A stretch of DNA of 64,000 bases from the human T2T-CHM13v2.0 reference genome, Homo sapiens (GCF_009914755.1 NC_060926.1); one strand, 5' to 3'. Counted from the stretch's first letter, positions 1-12,750 are shown. Translations and numbers: made by a program. The notes: generated by a model not told the origin, from the letters alone.

Positions 1-537
1 AAAGCCTCTTGCAGTTGAGATAGACGAAGGCCACTGTCTCCTGCCTGCCCCTGGGAACTGAATGTCTTGGTATAAAACCCGATTGTACATTTGTTCAATT
101 CTGAGATAGGAGAAAAAACACACTATGGCAGGAGGCGAGACATGTTGGCAGCAATGCTGCTTTGTTATTCTTTACTCCACTGAGATGTTTGGGCGGAAAG
201 AAACATAAATCTGGCCTACATGCACATCCAGGCATAGTACCTTCCCTTGAACTTATTTGTGACACAGATTCCTTTGCTCACATGTTTTCTTGCTGACCTT
301 CTCCCAACTATCACCCTGTTCTCCTGCTGCATTCCCGTTGCTGAGATAGTGAAAATAATAATAACTGAGGGAACTCAGAGACCGGGGCCAGTGCAGGTCC
401 TCCGTATGCTGAACGCCAGTCTCCTGGGCCCACTGTTCTTTCTCTATACTTTGTCTCTGTGTCTTATTTCTTTTCTCAGTCTCTCGTCCCCCCTGATGGG
501 AATACCCACAGGTGTGGAGGGGCAGGCCACCCCTTCA
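1..537 (+). mobile_element. HERV-K(HML-2) LTR5 (LTR5A/B-type), 3' portion; 5' end lies outside the window
   Basis: LTR5-type U3/R/U5 sequence with TATAAAA at 71-77. Ends ...GGTGTGGAGGGGCAGGCCACCCCTTCA at 537. No tRNA-Lys primer-binding site follows, so it is a solo or 3' LTR. Confidence 0.9.
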
Positions 538-544
538 CTGCATT

Positions 545-945
545 ACCTGGCTCCTGGCCACCTCTCCAACTTCTCTCACCACCCTTCCCTCTTCTTCCAG
601 TGGCTCAAAACCACTCATTCTCACTCGAAATGTTCCTGCCTTCAGTTCAGCTCTATTTCATCCTTCAGGTCTTAGCTTAAGTATCATGAAAATTTTTCTG
701 ACCACCATGTCTAGAGGAAATTACCCTGCTGTTGCTCTCAATCCTGACCCACTCCCTTCTTAACACTTTTACAACTTGCAATGATTGAATTGGCTTGCTT
801 ACCTGTAGTTATTTGGTTTCGGACAACAGACTCCACTAAGACAGGGTCCGCATCTTTTTTGTTATTTTTTATTCCTAGTGCCTAGCTTACTGCCTGGGAC
901 ATAGTTAGAGCTCAGTAAATATTTGTGAAATTAATGGCGAATGAA
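545..945 (+). mobile_element. L2 LINE 3' end fragment
   Basis: L2 terminal motif TAGTGCCTAGC..TGCCTGGGACATAGT..GAGCTCAGTAAATATTTG..GAATGAAT. Confidence 0.7.
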
Positions 946-1183
946 TTTTATTTGGATATGATATGATGCAGTATATGAAATTTTTCACTTGATAGAAGTA
1001 TAATATGGAAATTTCTATCACAATGTTTATTTTAAGCTACTGTTTAGAAATCATATATAACATATACTTTTAAGCTCATTTATTTTTACTTTCTCACTTT
1101 TCAGTTGATGCTTATGTCAGAAAACATAATTTGAGTCATGAATGCATATTAAGACATAGATTGAAATTTAACTTTATGGCATC

Positions 1184-1278
1184 AAAATACTTTCCTGACC
1201 TTGAAATATCCTTTTTTTCATAATATTCTTATAAAATACTTTCTGACCATGAAATATTATTTTTCATATAATTCTTAC
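1184..1278. repeat. Diverged two-copy tandem duplication (~48-bp unit)
   Basis: AAAATACTTTCCTGACCTTGAAATATC... (1184-1232) repeated as AAAATACTTTCTGACCATGAAATATT... (1233-1278). Confidence 0.85.
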
Positions 1279-1414
1279 AAAAACTAGATTCGCTTAATAT
1301 TTCTATTTCTAAATGGAAAGATCAGAAAGACTTTTTCAGATTGGAATACAAATTCCAAAGAAACTACTTCTTTGGAAATCACACATGGGTGTTGTAAATA
1401 AACTTATTCCTGGG

Positions 1415-1965
<551 letters not shown>

Positions 1966-1980
1966 CCTAATTTTAGATAT

Positions 1981-2678
1981 TGTATGAGTTTCCTAGAGCT
2001 GCCTTAATGAAGTACAACAGACTGGAGGCCTGAACAACAGAATTTAATTTTCTCACAGTTTGAAGGCCAGAAGGACTCGATCAAGGTGCCGACAGGCTTG
2101 GTTTCTCCTGAGGCCTCTCTCCTTGGCTTGTAGATAGCTGCCTGCTCCCTGTGTCCTCACATGGTCCTCCCTTCCTTCCCTCTGTACTTGTGCCTAAATT
2201 TCCTCTTTTATTTTTTGAGACACGGTCTCACTCTGTTGCCCAGGCTGGAGTGCAGTGACGCAATCACGGCTCACTGCAGCCTCTACTTCCCAGGCTCAAG
2301 TGATCCTCCCACCTCAGCCTCTCAAGTAGGTGTGACTTCAGGCATGCATCACCATGCCTGGCTAATTTTTTTTTTTTTTTTTTTCGGTAGAGACAAGTTT
2401 TGTCATGTTGCCCTGGCTAGTCTTGAACTCCTGGGCTTAAATGATCCTCCTGCCTTGGCCTTCCAAAGTGCTGGGACTATAGGTGTGAGTCACTGTGCCC
2501 AGCTTGCATTTCTTCTTATAAGGACACCAGTCCTATTGGATTAGGACCCACCTAATAACTTCACTTTAGTTTAATTACCTCTTTAAAAACCCTATCTTCA
2601 AATGCAGTCACATCATGAGGTATTAGGGGCTAGGACTTCAGCATATTACTTTTAGGGGACACAATTCAGCCCTTAACA
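1981..2678 (-). mobile_element. MLT1B-like MaLR solo LTR, interrupted by AluJ
   Basis: Begins TGTATGAGTTTCCTAGAGCTGCC and ends GGGGACACAATTCAGCCCTTAACA, matching the reverse complement of the MLT1B termini. Confidence 0.85.
2206..2504 (-). mobile_element. AluJ
   Basis: AluJ diagnostics (CACGGCTCACTGCAGCCTC, GGCTCAAGTGATCCTCCCACC). Degenerate TSD ATTTCCTCTTTTA / ATTTCTTCTTATA. Confidence 0.9.
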
Positions 2679-3319
2679 CTATTAATATCATTCCCCCAGA
2701 TCGTGTGTAGAGTTTCTTTCTTCAACACTGGTTTTTGAAATCCTGCAGACTTTTTAATGAGAATTTGAAGAGATGAACGTCATCAAATCTGGTAACTGGC
2801 ATATTGTGAGGGAAACTTGCGGGGTGCTTGTCTTTTTTATGCTCGTTATCGGCTTGTTTTTAACGTGAGTGTTCCTTATACTTCCTGGTTTTAGCAAATA
2901 ATTTACTAAGGTCTACTTAAATTGTGTGAGACTAAGAATAAACACAACTGTAAACTGTGTATGATGGTCAGAACCACCCTGGAAGTGGACGGTGTGCTGA
3001 GCAGAGTGTGGGTGAAGGTGAAGCCGTAGCCATCCTTCCCCGATGCTCACCAGCCTGCACCCTCCAGGGATTCTCAACCTCTGTGTAGACACTCTGACCC
3101 ATTCCAATAAAAGAGAAAGTACTTCAAAAGTTATATTGCCAATTTTTAAAAAGTAAAAGTGGAAACAGATCTTCAGACCCACCTTTAATGGTATAGGCAC
3201 ACTGAAACACCAACACCAAACTCTGATGTTTTACTCTCAACCTTTGAGAGATGCAAATCTAAGCTAAGACTTCTCTCCAGCAACAGAATAACTGTTTGTA
3301 ATATATACTTGAAAGTGAA

Positions 3320-3595
3320 GCATAGACAGTGTATTGAAATTCCTGGGCTTGAATCTTGCCATGTATTAGCTATTGGGTTGGTGCAAAAGTAATTGTGGTT
3401 TTTGGCATTAAACGTAATGGAAATTGGGGCAAAAACAGGTAATTAAAAGTAATATTTGATGGTAAGCACATCATTTACCCTCTCTGAGTCTCAGTTTCCT
3501 ATACTATAAAATTGGGAAAATAATGTATATTTCTCTTCTATCTCACTGAACTCTTATGAGGAGGAAGAGATATAATAAAGCCCTTAGAAAACTAT
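3320..3595 (+). mobile_element. MIR hosting a MADE1 fragment
   Basis: MIR core CCTCTCTGAGTCTCAGTTTCCT..CTATAAAATTGGGAAAATAAT. Confidence 0.7.
3373..3445. mobile_element. MADE1 (Hsmar1-derived MITE), right arm scrambled
   Basis: TA followed by TTGGGTTGGTGCAAAAGTAATTGTGGTTTTTGGCATT, the MADE1 left inverted repeat. Only GGCAAAAAC of the right arm is recognisable. Confidence 0.8.
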
Positions 3596-3639
3596 AATCA
3601 ATGAAAATCAATACAACAGTCAATACAAATCAATGCTGA

Positions 3640-3760
3640 TAGTGAACACTTATATGGTCCTTACTCTGCTAGGTGCCATTCTAAGAATTTCATATGCATG
3701 GGTTCATTTGATCCTCAAAACAACTCTATGAAGTAGGTACTGTCATTAGCCCTCATATGG
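3640..3760 (-). mobile_element. MIR fragment
   Basis: TCATTTGATCCTCAAAACAACTCTATGAAGTAGGTACTGTCATT. Confidence 0.7.
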
Positions 3761-3811
3761 CTGTTGAATTAGATACACAAATTTTAAGTTGGCTTTTAAA
3801 TTCCTATAGAC

Positions 3812-3935
3812 TTGGGCTTCTCAAACTTCATTGTACATACGAGTCCCCTGGGGATCTTGTTGAAAAATGCAGAGTCTTATTTAGTAGATCTGGGGAGGGG
3901 CTAGAGATCTTGCATTTCTAACATGTTCTCAAGTT
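3812..3935. mobile_element. MER5A-like hAT fragment
   Basis: TTCTCAAACTT..CCTGGGGATCTTGTT..AATGCAGA..TGCATTTCTAACA. Confidence 0.7.
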
Positions 3936-4110
3936 ATCAGATTTAAAGATGAGTTGTATGCATTTTTCTTTTGCACACACGAAAAGCAAATATTCTAAAT
4001 TTGCTGGTTCTGTGTTAAATGGCTGTCAGTAACATGCTCATTAGTGATGTGTGTGTGTCGAGGGGTGTTTGTATGTATGTGTTTAAACAATCTAACATTG
4101 AGTGTTTTCA

Positions 4111-4675
4111 GCACATGAAAAGATGCTCAATATCACTAGCCGTCAGGGAAATGCAAATCAAAGCCACAGTGAGATACTACTTCACACCCATTAGGATGGC
4201 TATAATAAAAGAAAATAAAACAAGTGTTGGTGAGGATGTGGAGAAACTGGAACTCTCATACATTGCTGGGGACATATAAAATGGTGCAGTTACTGTGGAA
4301 AACAGATTGGACATTCCTTAGTAAGTTAAACACAGAATTGCCATATGATCCAGCAATTCCACTTGTAGATATACACCCAAGAGAAATGAAAACATGTTCA
4401 CACAAAACCTTATACATGAATATTCCTAATATCTATATTGCAATTGCCAAAAGATGAAAACAACTCAAATATCCATCAATTGATAAATAGATAAACAGAA
4501 GTGATATATCCCTACAATGGAAAATTAGCCATAAGAGAATGAAGTACTGATACATGCTACAACATATATGAACATTGAAAACATTATGCCATGTGAAAGA
4601 AGCCAGATACAATAGGCCACATATTGTATGATTCCATCTATATGAAATATCAACAATAGGCAAACTCATAAAACA
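4111..4675 (+). mobile_element. Old L1 (L1M) ORF2 C-terminus and 3' UTR fragment
   Basis: Translates to HMKRCSISLAVREMQIKATVRYYFTPIRMAII and TELPYDPAIPL (ORF2p C-terminal region). Confidence 0.9.
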
Positions 4676-4734
4676 GGCTGGGCATGGTGGCTCATGCCTG
4701 TTTTTATTTTTTAAAAAGTACAGGTGTTTCTGGT

Positions 4735-5670
4735 CAACTATTCCCTAATCCAAGGTTACAACTTACTCCTATGTTTTCTTCTAAGAATTTTATAGTTTTA
4801 GCTCCCACTTTTAGGTCTATGATTCACTTTGAGTTAAGTTTTGTATATGCGGTGAGATAGGTGCCCAACTTAACATTTTTGCAGCTGGATTACCAGTTGT
4901 CCCAGCCCATTTGTTGAGAAGACTATTCTTTCCACATTGAATTGTCTTGGTACCCTTGTTATGATGGTTAAATATTATGTGTCACTTGGCTAGGCTATGG
5001 AACCCAGTCATTTGTGAAGGTATTTTGTAGATGTGGTTAACATCTACACTTGATTGGCTTTAAGAAAAAGAGATAACCCTGCATAATGTGAGTCATCCTC
5101 ATCCAATCGGTGAAGGCCTTCAGAGCAAAAATGGAGGTTTCCCTGAGAAGAAGGAATTTTGCCTCAAGACAGTTATGCAGAAATTCTGTCTGTATTTTGC
5201 CTGCTTGCCTGCCCTACAATTTTCACACTCAAAACTGCAATATCAACTTTTGCCTACTTTGCATGCCTTTTCTTTCTTTTCTTGCCTAATTGCCCTGACC
5301 AGAACTTCCCATACAATGTCAAATACAAGTGGCAAGAGTGGACATGCCTGTCTTATTCCTGATCTTAGAGGAAAAGCTTTTAATCTCTTACCATTACATA
5401 TGATTTAGCTGTGTTTCTTTTTGTAAATTCTCTTCATCAGGTTGAGGAATTTCCATCCTATTCCTAATTTTTTTAGTGTTTTTATAATGAAATGCTGTTG
5501 GATTTTGTCAAATGCCCTTTCCACATCTATTGAAATAGTCATGTGGTTTTTGCCTCATTTTACTGACTTAGTGTATAAGAGAGGTTGATTTTTATATGTT
5601 GAACCACTCTTGAGTTCCTGGGATAAATTCCACTTGGTCATGGTATATAATTCTTTTTATATTTGCTAGA
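4735..5670 (-). mobile_element. Old L1 (L1M) ORF2 fragments, interrupted by an MLT2-type LTR
   Basis: Antisense ORF2 sequence (CCTATGTTTTCTTCTAAG..; CTTGCCTAATTGCCCTGACCAGAACTTCC..). Confidence 0.85.
4958..5255 (+). mobile_element. MLT2-type ERVL LTR fragment
   Basis: ATGATGGTTAAATATTATGTGTCACTTGGCTAGGCTATGG..CTCATCCAATCGGTGAAGGCCTT. Confidence 0.75.
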
Positions 5671-6509
5671 AACATACACGTACCCTAAAAACCACTGTAT
5701 TAAAAGCATTTAGCAATAAACCAACCAAATAAAAAAGAAACAAAAATAAAGTCCCTCAGATAACTTTGTAAATTGAAGATGTTTTTGTAATTTTAAGAAA
5801 TTATTAAGTTTGGAATATTGTCAGATACAGTACATCTGAATTGACCAAAAATGACTAGGTCATTCTGATGAATCAAACTTTATTAGACAAGCAGGATTCA
5901 ATATGGCTTATATAACATCTTTGAATTTCTGCCATAATTTCAAATATTACATTCTTTTCCCCATTGCCTGCACTTCCATTTGCTGCCTCCAAATCCCTGT
6001 GGGGTAGGGGCTATTAGGGATAGTGCAGAGTTGGTGGGCATGGCATATACTCTGGATTACCCTAAAAATGCAGCATTTTAGGGAAGGTAAGTCCAGCAAG
6101 TAGAGGCAAGCGCGAGCCAGGCATTATGTGTGTCTGGTTAACTCAGCTGTTAATCATGCGGACTTGTAGGCTGTGGGGTCAGAAATCCCTTAAATCACTC
6201 AATTTTTGGCCTTAAACCCAGCCACTTCAGCACAGAAATCATTGCTCATTTTCACTTCGGATTACCAGTTGCTAATTAGCTTCCACAATTGTCTTAGATG
6301 TGCAATTGTATTCTTGTGGCATTTTTGGTAAGGAGATCCATTTATTTGGAGTAGAATAGCTAAATGTACAGAGAAATGGAGGGCTGTTATAGAACCTTGG
6401 TCAAGTGTGAAGGACTTCAAAGTGCATGTAAAATTCACTTAATCTGTGCCCTTTAAATGTGTTTCAAAGGAGATGACTTCTCAACACTTCCATCTTTTCT
6501 CACTGTCCC

Positions 6510-6610
6510 CATTAGCATTATAGGTCTCTCTACCAAGAAGTCTTCCTTAAGTCTGACCAGCCTTTCTCTCTTGTTCTATCATCAGTGGAGATGGAGAACA
6601 GCTGCTCTAT
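6510..6610 (-). mobile_element. Possible L3/CR1 fragment
   Basis: AAGTCTTCCTTAAGTCTGACC..CTTGTTCTATCATCAGTGGAGATGGAGAACAGCTG resembles antisense CR1 ORF2 end. Confidence 0.4.
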
Positions 6611-7854
6611 TTTATGGCCTCACTGTTACTTTAATTTATATCTGCTGTAAACAGGATTGCTTAAAACTTAATAGAACATTTCAGTTAGGCATGTAGAAAG
6701 GACCCTCTGTCTTGCCCCAGTCATTCCCAATAGATGTAGTTTATTGCCTTAATTTATGATTTTGTTTCTGTTGTTGTTGCCTATTTTTGGTAAATAGCAT
6801 GATTTTATTTTTATGACCATATTCTTCCTAGGAATTCTCTGGGCACATGGTGTTTCAAAATCTTGCTAATTTAAAGACCCATTTCACAGACTGAGAGATG
6901 ATCTTGATAAGATAATAAAATGAAAGTTTAAGGAATACCTCATGGTCTCAAGGTTGGCAAAGACTCAAGCATTGCTATTGCAGCTTCTCAGAAGTGATGT
7001 GGATGGAGCTCATAGATAAAGGGTCTGTAGCTAGATCTGTGTATCTAACATTACTGCTGGTATTTTACACAAGTGAGAAATATCTAAGGGGAAAATCCTG
7101 GCATGAAGTGGAGTGCTTCTTTCCCTTTCGATGCCTTTCTGCTTTGGCCAAAGAATGGAGAAGTCTTTTGTAAGGGAAGACTGGTAGCTTCTACCCACTG
7201 ATGGCACTGACCTGTGACCCAGAGAGCAAGGATTAAAAATGTAGAAATAGGCATATGATTTCTCAGAGAAAGTTGCTTAAAGCTTAAGCCATGGGGTTAG
7301 ACTTTTTCCTGCCCTGTGGATTTATGGCCTCACATGTGGATGGGAGAAATGCAACAGCAGGTCACCACTGGGTGAACCAGCAACCTCTGCTGTGGGCTGC
7401 AACTACTTACCCTCTCAAGGATGCAAATGAGGTTACTCCCTTGTGTAATCATGTTTTCACTCCAACCCATTGCCTCCTTGGTGGGCTTAGAGGAATTCCT
7501 TCACTGATACAGACAACCTCAAAGCTGACCAGGATTGTTTTCAGGGATTTTACAAGTAGGGGAGAAGAGCTCAGAGGTAGGGATTTCAGTTTCCATTGTT
7601 AATTCAACATCCTTTCTTCCTGGAAGTGGAATCAATTACATATTCTCTAGCAGAATCAACTCTTTTTTTAAATAGCAGGTGATAAGGATCTAGGGACCAT
7701 TCTAAGGGATTTCTCTTTTCCATGATCAAATTCTTTAGAAACCATGAATTCTTCTGACAGTCTGTTATTTCACAAAGGGACTTTCTAAAAATTGGCCTAC
7801 GTTGGTAGCAGATTTGCACTATTGTCAAAAACTACCCCCATGTGCTGTGCTTAA

Positions 7855-8230
7855 CTGTTTGGGTCCTAATCCAAGCTCTACCACTCCTATCTGTGACTTC
7901 GGGTAAATTACTTAACCTCCCTAGGCCTCAGAATAACAATATCTACCTACATGCACCTGAATCTCTTAGAACAATGCAGCAGACAGTGAGTGCTTAAACT
8001 AACCTTGGCCATGATGACAATGGTGGTGGTGGTGGAGATGATGTGCTAGGTGCTTGACTAGTCTCTTTAGATATAAGCGAATCCTCACAAGTATCCATTT
8101 CCCTTTTACAGATGAAAGAGCAAGTCTCAGAGGGAATAATCAGCCCAAGGCCATAAAGTTAATAGGTGGCAGGGCAGGCATTCAAGCCCTGGTCTTTCTA
8201 ATCCGGCCTGGAGCTCTTTATTGCACCACC
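7855..8230. mobile_element. Two MIRs, tail to tail (+ at ~7855-8000, - at ~8045-8230)
   Basis: CTGTGACTTCGGGTAAATTACTTAACCTCCCTAGGCCTCAG and CCTTTTACAGATGAAAGAGCAAGTCTCAGAG. Confidence 0.7.
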
Positions 8231-9149
8231 AGGTTACTGGCCCCAGACATCAGCAATATGCATTAGGAAAGTTCTTTATAATTTAGAATCATTTCACAAA
8301 CATTACTTGTCATTGTTTAGCCTTTCCTTGAATCTATAGGTTTTGATTACCAGCATCACAATGAACAGATGAGAACATGCGTTCAGATAGGATGAAGCTG
8401 GCTTGAGTTTACCCACCTAACAAGTGTGGACAGGGACCTGGCTCAGCCTAGGTTACTCCGCCTGTGGAATGAATGCTTTCTATAGTCCACCATGGCTTTC
8501 AGTGTCCAATCTGAATTCCTTTCCTTGTCCATCAAGACTGCCATCTGTTCCCTCAATGCATGCTTTGGTTTTTCATTAAAACTCCGATCAGGAGTCCCTT
8601 CTCAGCTGGTCAGCTCACCAGGTGTTCTACTTGGATCCTCTGCCCTTGCTATGCTGTTTTCACCATGGTCTTGACAAGTTTTTCTTCATAACTGACCTTC
8701 AAGGAAGATCCTGTGACTGCCTAGGTCACGGGGCTGAGATTTGACCCAGCTGGATGCAGAGACCCTCCAAGCACTTCCCTACACTGCTGTGTTCTCAGAA
8801 TCACTGCTCCCTTAGCCCTGATGAAGGAACCTTTAGAAGGCCTGCTTAGTGGCTCTGAGCTCTCTACAGGAGAAAAGACCATTTCTGAGATAACCAGTAT
8901 TTGACTGAAGTAGCAGTGGTTCTTAACAAGAGCTCCTTAAAGTTGTCTTCAAAGTAAGCCAATAAGCAGACACAGCTGTTGGTGAGAACAGGTATAATGC
9001 ATAAGTGTCTCAGTTCTGAAGAAAACAGGTGGTTTACATGACTAGCTTAGAAAAGAGTGGACTGGGTTGTATTTGAATGTTGAAATTACAAAGTCAAGAG
9101 ACTATACCCTGTATCATAGAAGGGCAATACATTTTTATTGAGGATAGTT

Positions 9150-9555
9150 ATCAAATCTTTATTGAGTACCATCTAAATGTTGTAAACTCTGCACTGGGCA
9201 CCATGGATATAGTAGTGAATAAGACGGACAAAATCCCTGTCCTTGTGAAGCTACATCCTACTAGAAGAGCTAGACTAAAAATAAATGCATAATATTATAT
9301 TTGATAGTAATAAATACTATTCTCCAGAAAAATAAAATGTGGTAAGGAGATAGAGATTGAGTGTGTGTCAGGGGTAGGTATCATGGTGACTGTTTTTATA
9401 GGAAATGGAAGTATCTCTGGGGAGATGATTTTAAAGGTAAGAAGGAGCTGGCAATGCAGAGATCTGGGGGAAAACATTCTGGATTGCAGGCGCAGTAAGA
9501 GGAAATCTCCTGAGCGGAAAGGAACTGGGTGTGTTCATTAAATAGCAAGAAGTCA
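9150..9555 (-). mobile_element. L2 LINE 3' fragment
   Basis: TTTATTGAGTACC..GCACTGGGCACCATGGATATAGTAGTGAATAAGACGGACAAAATCCCTGTCCTTGTGAAGCT. Confidence 0.8.
9185..9356 (+). repeat. Copy 1 of a 172-bp dispersed direct duplication
   Basis: Aligns without gaps to 10592-10763 with 4 substitutions. Confidence 0.95.
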
Positions 9556-9733
9556 TTCTATATGTTAAGTTCCCTTAAGAAAGTAGTGTAATTTCTCTGA
9601 CTCTCATTTTCCTTACCTACATAAAACTCAGATGTCAACTGTGGCCTCTTCCACTCTCAAATTAGGGAAATATTGCACTAATGCATCTCCCCAACCATCA
9701 CCCTCACTACAATCCTGTAGCCAATAAAAGTCT

Positions 9734-10037
9734 GGCTGGGCGAGGTGACTAGCGCCTGTAATCCTAGCACTTTGAGAAGCCCAAGCAGGCAGATCACTTG
9801 AGGTCAGGGGTTCGAGACCAGCCTGGTGAATGTGGTGAAGCCCTGTCTCTACTAAAAATACAAAAATTAGCTGGGAGTGGTGGTGCGCACCTGTAATCCC
9901 AGCTGCTCGAGAGGCTGAGGAAGGACAATTGTTTGAACCCGGGAGGCAGGTGAAGGTTGCAGTGAGCTAAGATCGCACCACTGCACTCTAGCCTGGTGAC
10001 AGGGTGAGACTCCGTCTCAAAAAAAAAAAAAAAAAAA
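9734..10037 (+). mobile_element. AluS (Sx/Sz-like)
   Basis: Dimeric Alu with A-rich linker and poly(A) tail. Confidence 0.95.
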
Positions 10038-10591
10038 GGCCCAAACCCCTGCCTCTCAAAGATTTCCCAGTTCCCGATCCCATATATACAGTTTTGTCTC
10101 TTGAGGCTTTGACTGCAATGGGAAACCCAGACCCTTTTATAAGAACCACAGAAACCCCCTCCTAGGACTTGTGTGCATAGCAGATGAGCTGAAGATTTGG
10201 GGCTGAAGAGAGACCTGAGAGGAAAACAGCCAACCTGTACAGGAGGTACAGGGCTGACGGCTCCCATATAGCAGTGCTAGGAATTCTTTGGCTCTTTCTC
10301 AGGGCTAGCCTCTAACTTTCTGGCTCCCTCTCCTCTTCTTTTATTTCTCTCACCTTTTCCTTCCAATAACAAAACAACAACTTTTTCTCTTTTCTCCTGC
10401 CCCCATCTCTTTTGACATCACAAAATCTCAACCACCCCCAAAATATCTTTCAAAGTATTTTCTTGAACAAATACAGTGGCAACCCTCAACATAATTCTGG
10501 AGCCAGTTTTAGTAAGAGGTATTTTTCACATCTTTGCATTTCAATTGCAGGCAATTATATTGGCTTTTTTGGGTTATTGGAAGGATGACAC

Positions 10592-10763
10592 AACTCTGTA
10601 CTGGGCACCATGGATACAGTAGTGAATAAGACGGACAAAATCCCTGTCCTTGTGAAGCTACATCCTACTAGAAGAGCTAGACTAAAAATAAATGCATAAT
10701 ATTATATTTGGTAGTAGTAAATACTATTCTCCAGAAAAATAAAATGTGGTAAGGAGATAGAGA
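10592..10763 (+). repeat. Copy 2 of the 172-bp dispersed direct duplication
   Basis: 168/172 identical to 9185-9356; flanks unrelated. Confidence 0.95.
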
Positions 10764-12065
10764 CAGGAGATGGACAAGCTTTAGTGGCATTACTGGCATA
10801 CAGTAAATATTTGATTAACAGAGGCGAGGATAAGTGTGGTGACTGCAGTGGTAGTGGTTCTTATCAACCCACTACTTGTTTGAGGCCAGACAATTTTGCA
10901 GCTTAACTTAGAGGAGCTAAAGATATGAAGAACTAAGAAAGTTCTTGCCACAAAGAGGGAAACAGAATATTGCAGGTACACTGAAAGGCAAAATGAAACA
11001 AAACAAACACAAAATTCTGGAGACTGGAGGTAGGTCAAAGAGAATGGAGAAGAAAAGTGATAGATGCAAAGCTATGAAACAAAAATTTAAATAAGCTTTA
11101 TAAGAATTCAGACCTAAGTCTGAAACCTGGTGGGTGAATGGCACTTACGATCTTTCCTGCACTGTGGAATACAAATTTGCAGAATGCAGTTGAAAGAGCA
11201 CAAAATGACTTCTGGTTAAGGATCATGGTGTATAGGCATTAATTCTTACCCTCCCCTTCTTGAAAAATCTCAAACTAAAAACAGAAAAATATTTTAGTTG
11301 CCAATGAAATAAGGATACGACTGCAATCTTAAACCACAAACTATGTAGCAAACCTGCCAAATGCTGTGAAATCTGGACCAAAATGAGGAAGAACACTAAA
11401 AACTAACAACATATCCTCAGACCTTGGGCAAGAGGGACATTTCCCCAAAAGAAAGTGAGATTACCCTGAAATGCCATCCAGTGATTCTTCAAGGGAGGTA
11501 AGATCCAGGGGTACTGGGGCCATGGCAGAAGAGGACTCTTCCTTTAGGCTCAACTTGATACCACAGAACATGGCAGGCAGAAAAGCAGAGGAACCAGAGT
11601 GGTACCCGATTTTTATCCAATATTCATTCTCCTTGCTGTGGGAATGACCAAGGCAGAGAAAGTGGAGGAAAATTGCATTTTCGAAATTACCAACCTTTCC
11701 AATGACAAAAATTGCGGTGTGATATACAGTTCCAGAATAAGGAAAAGAGTAGATTTGGTGAGAGGCTATAGGAGGCAATATACTGTGTTCAAGTTTACTA
11801 ACATCCCTCACTACTCCCCTTCCTCCATGGATGATTTTTCAGCAAGTATACAAGATGAATGACAATCTGAAAGAACCATCCCACAGACGTGCTTTGAAAT
11901 GAGAGAGAAAATAAAGAAGAAAGGAATGTAGGACAAAGATAAAGAACTACAAAAGAAATCATCTAAGAAAACAAAGAGTTTGGGTAGAGTTCCCCATAAT
12001 CTCAAAGAAATTATAGGAGATAAGTGTAAATAAAAAATATTACAGAAAAAAAAAGCCATACTACA

Positions 12066-12398
<333 letters not shown>

Positions 12399-12420
12399 TT
12401 AAAACAGACAGTACTTTTAA

Positions 12421-12750
12421 TCATTCATTCATTCATTCGTTCATTCATTCATTTAACTAATTAGTGAATACCCCCTCCATGGCTGGAGTGCTTCTAGATG
12501 CTGGGAACTTAGCAGTGTCCAAGACAACATCTCTGCCTTCATGGAGCTTACAACCTAGGGTGGATGGGGGATAGTAAAAAGTAAAGAATAAATTTTGATA
12601 GTGCTATTAAAAAAAGTAAAACAGAACAACATAATAGAGTATGAAAGGTACTGGGTGACCATGAAAGTCTCTCTCACTGCAGGATATTTTATCTGAAACC
12701 TGTATAACATCATGAAAGATTCAGGCCTGCAAATATCTGGAGAGACATTC
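12421..12750 (-). mobile_element. L2 3' end with (TTCA)n tail
   Basis: (CATT)n at 12421-12455 followed by TCTAGATGCTGGGAA..CTCTGCCTTCATGGAGCTTACA. Confidence 0.75.

Noticed and set aside
247-675. 142-aa ORF with hydrophobic stretches
   Set aside because: Non-ATG start, lies in LTR5/L2 sequence, no recognisable domain.
4111-5670. Twin-priming L1 inversion
   Set aside because: The order (sense 3' piece first, then antisense upstream piece) does not fit twin priming, and there is no shared TSD or poly(A).
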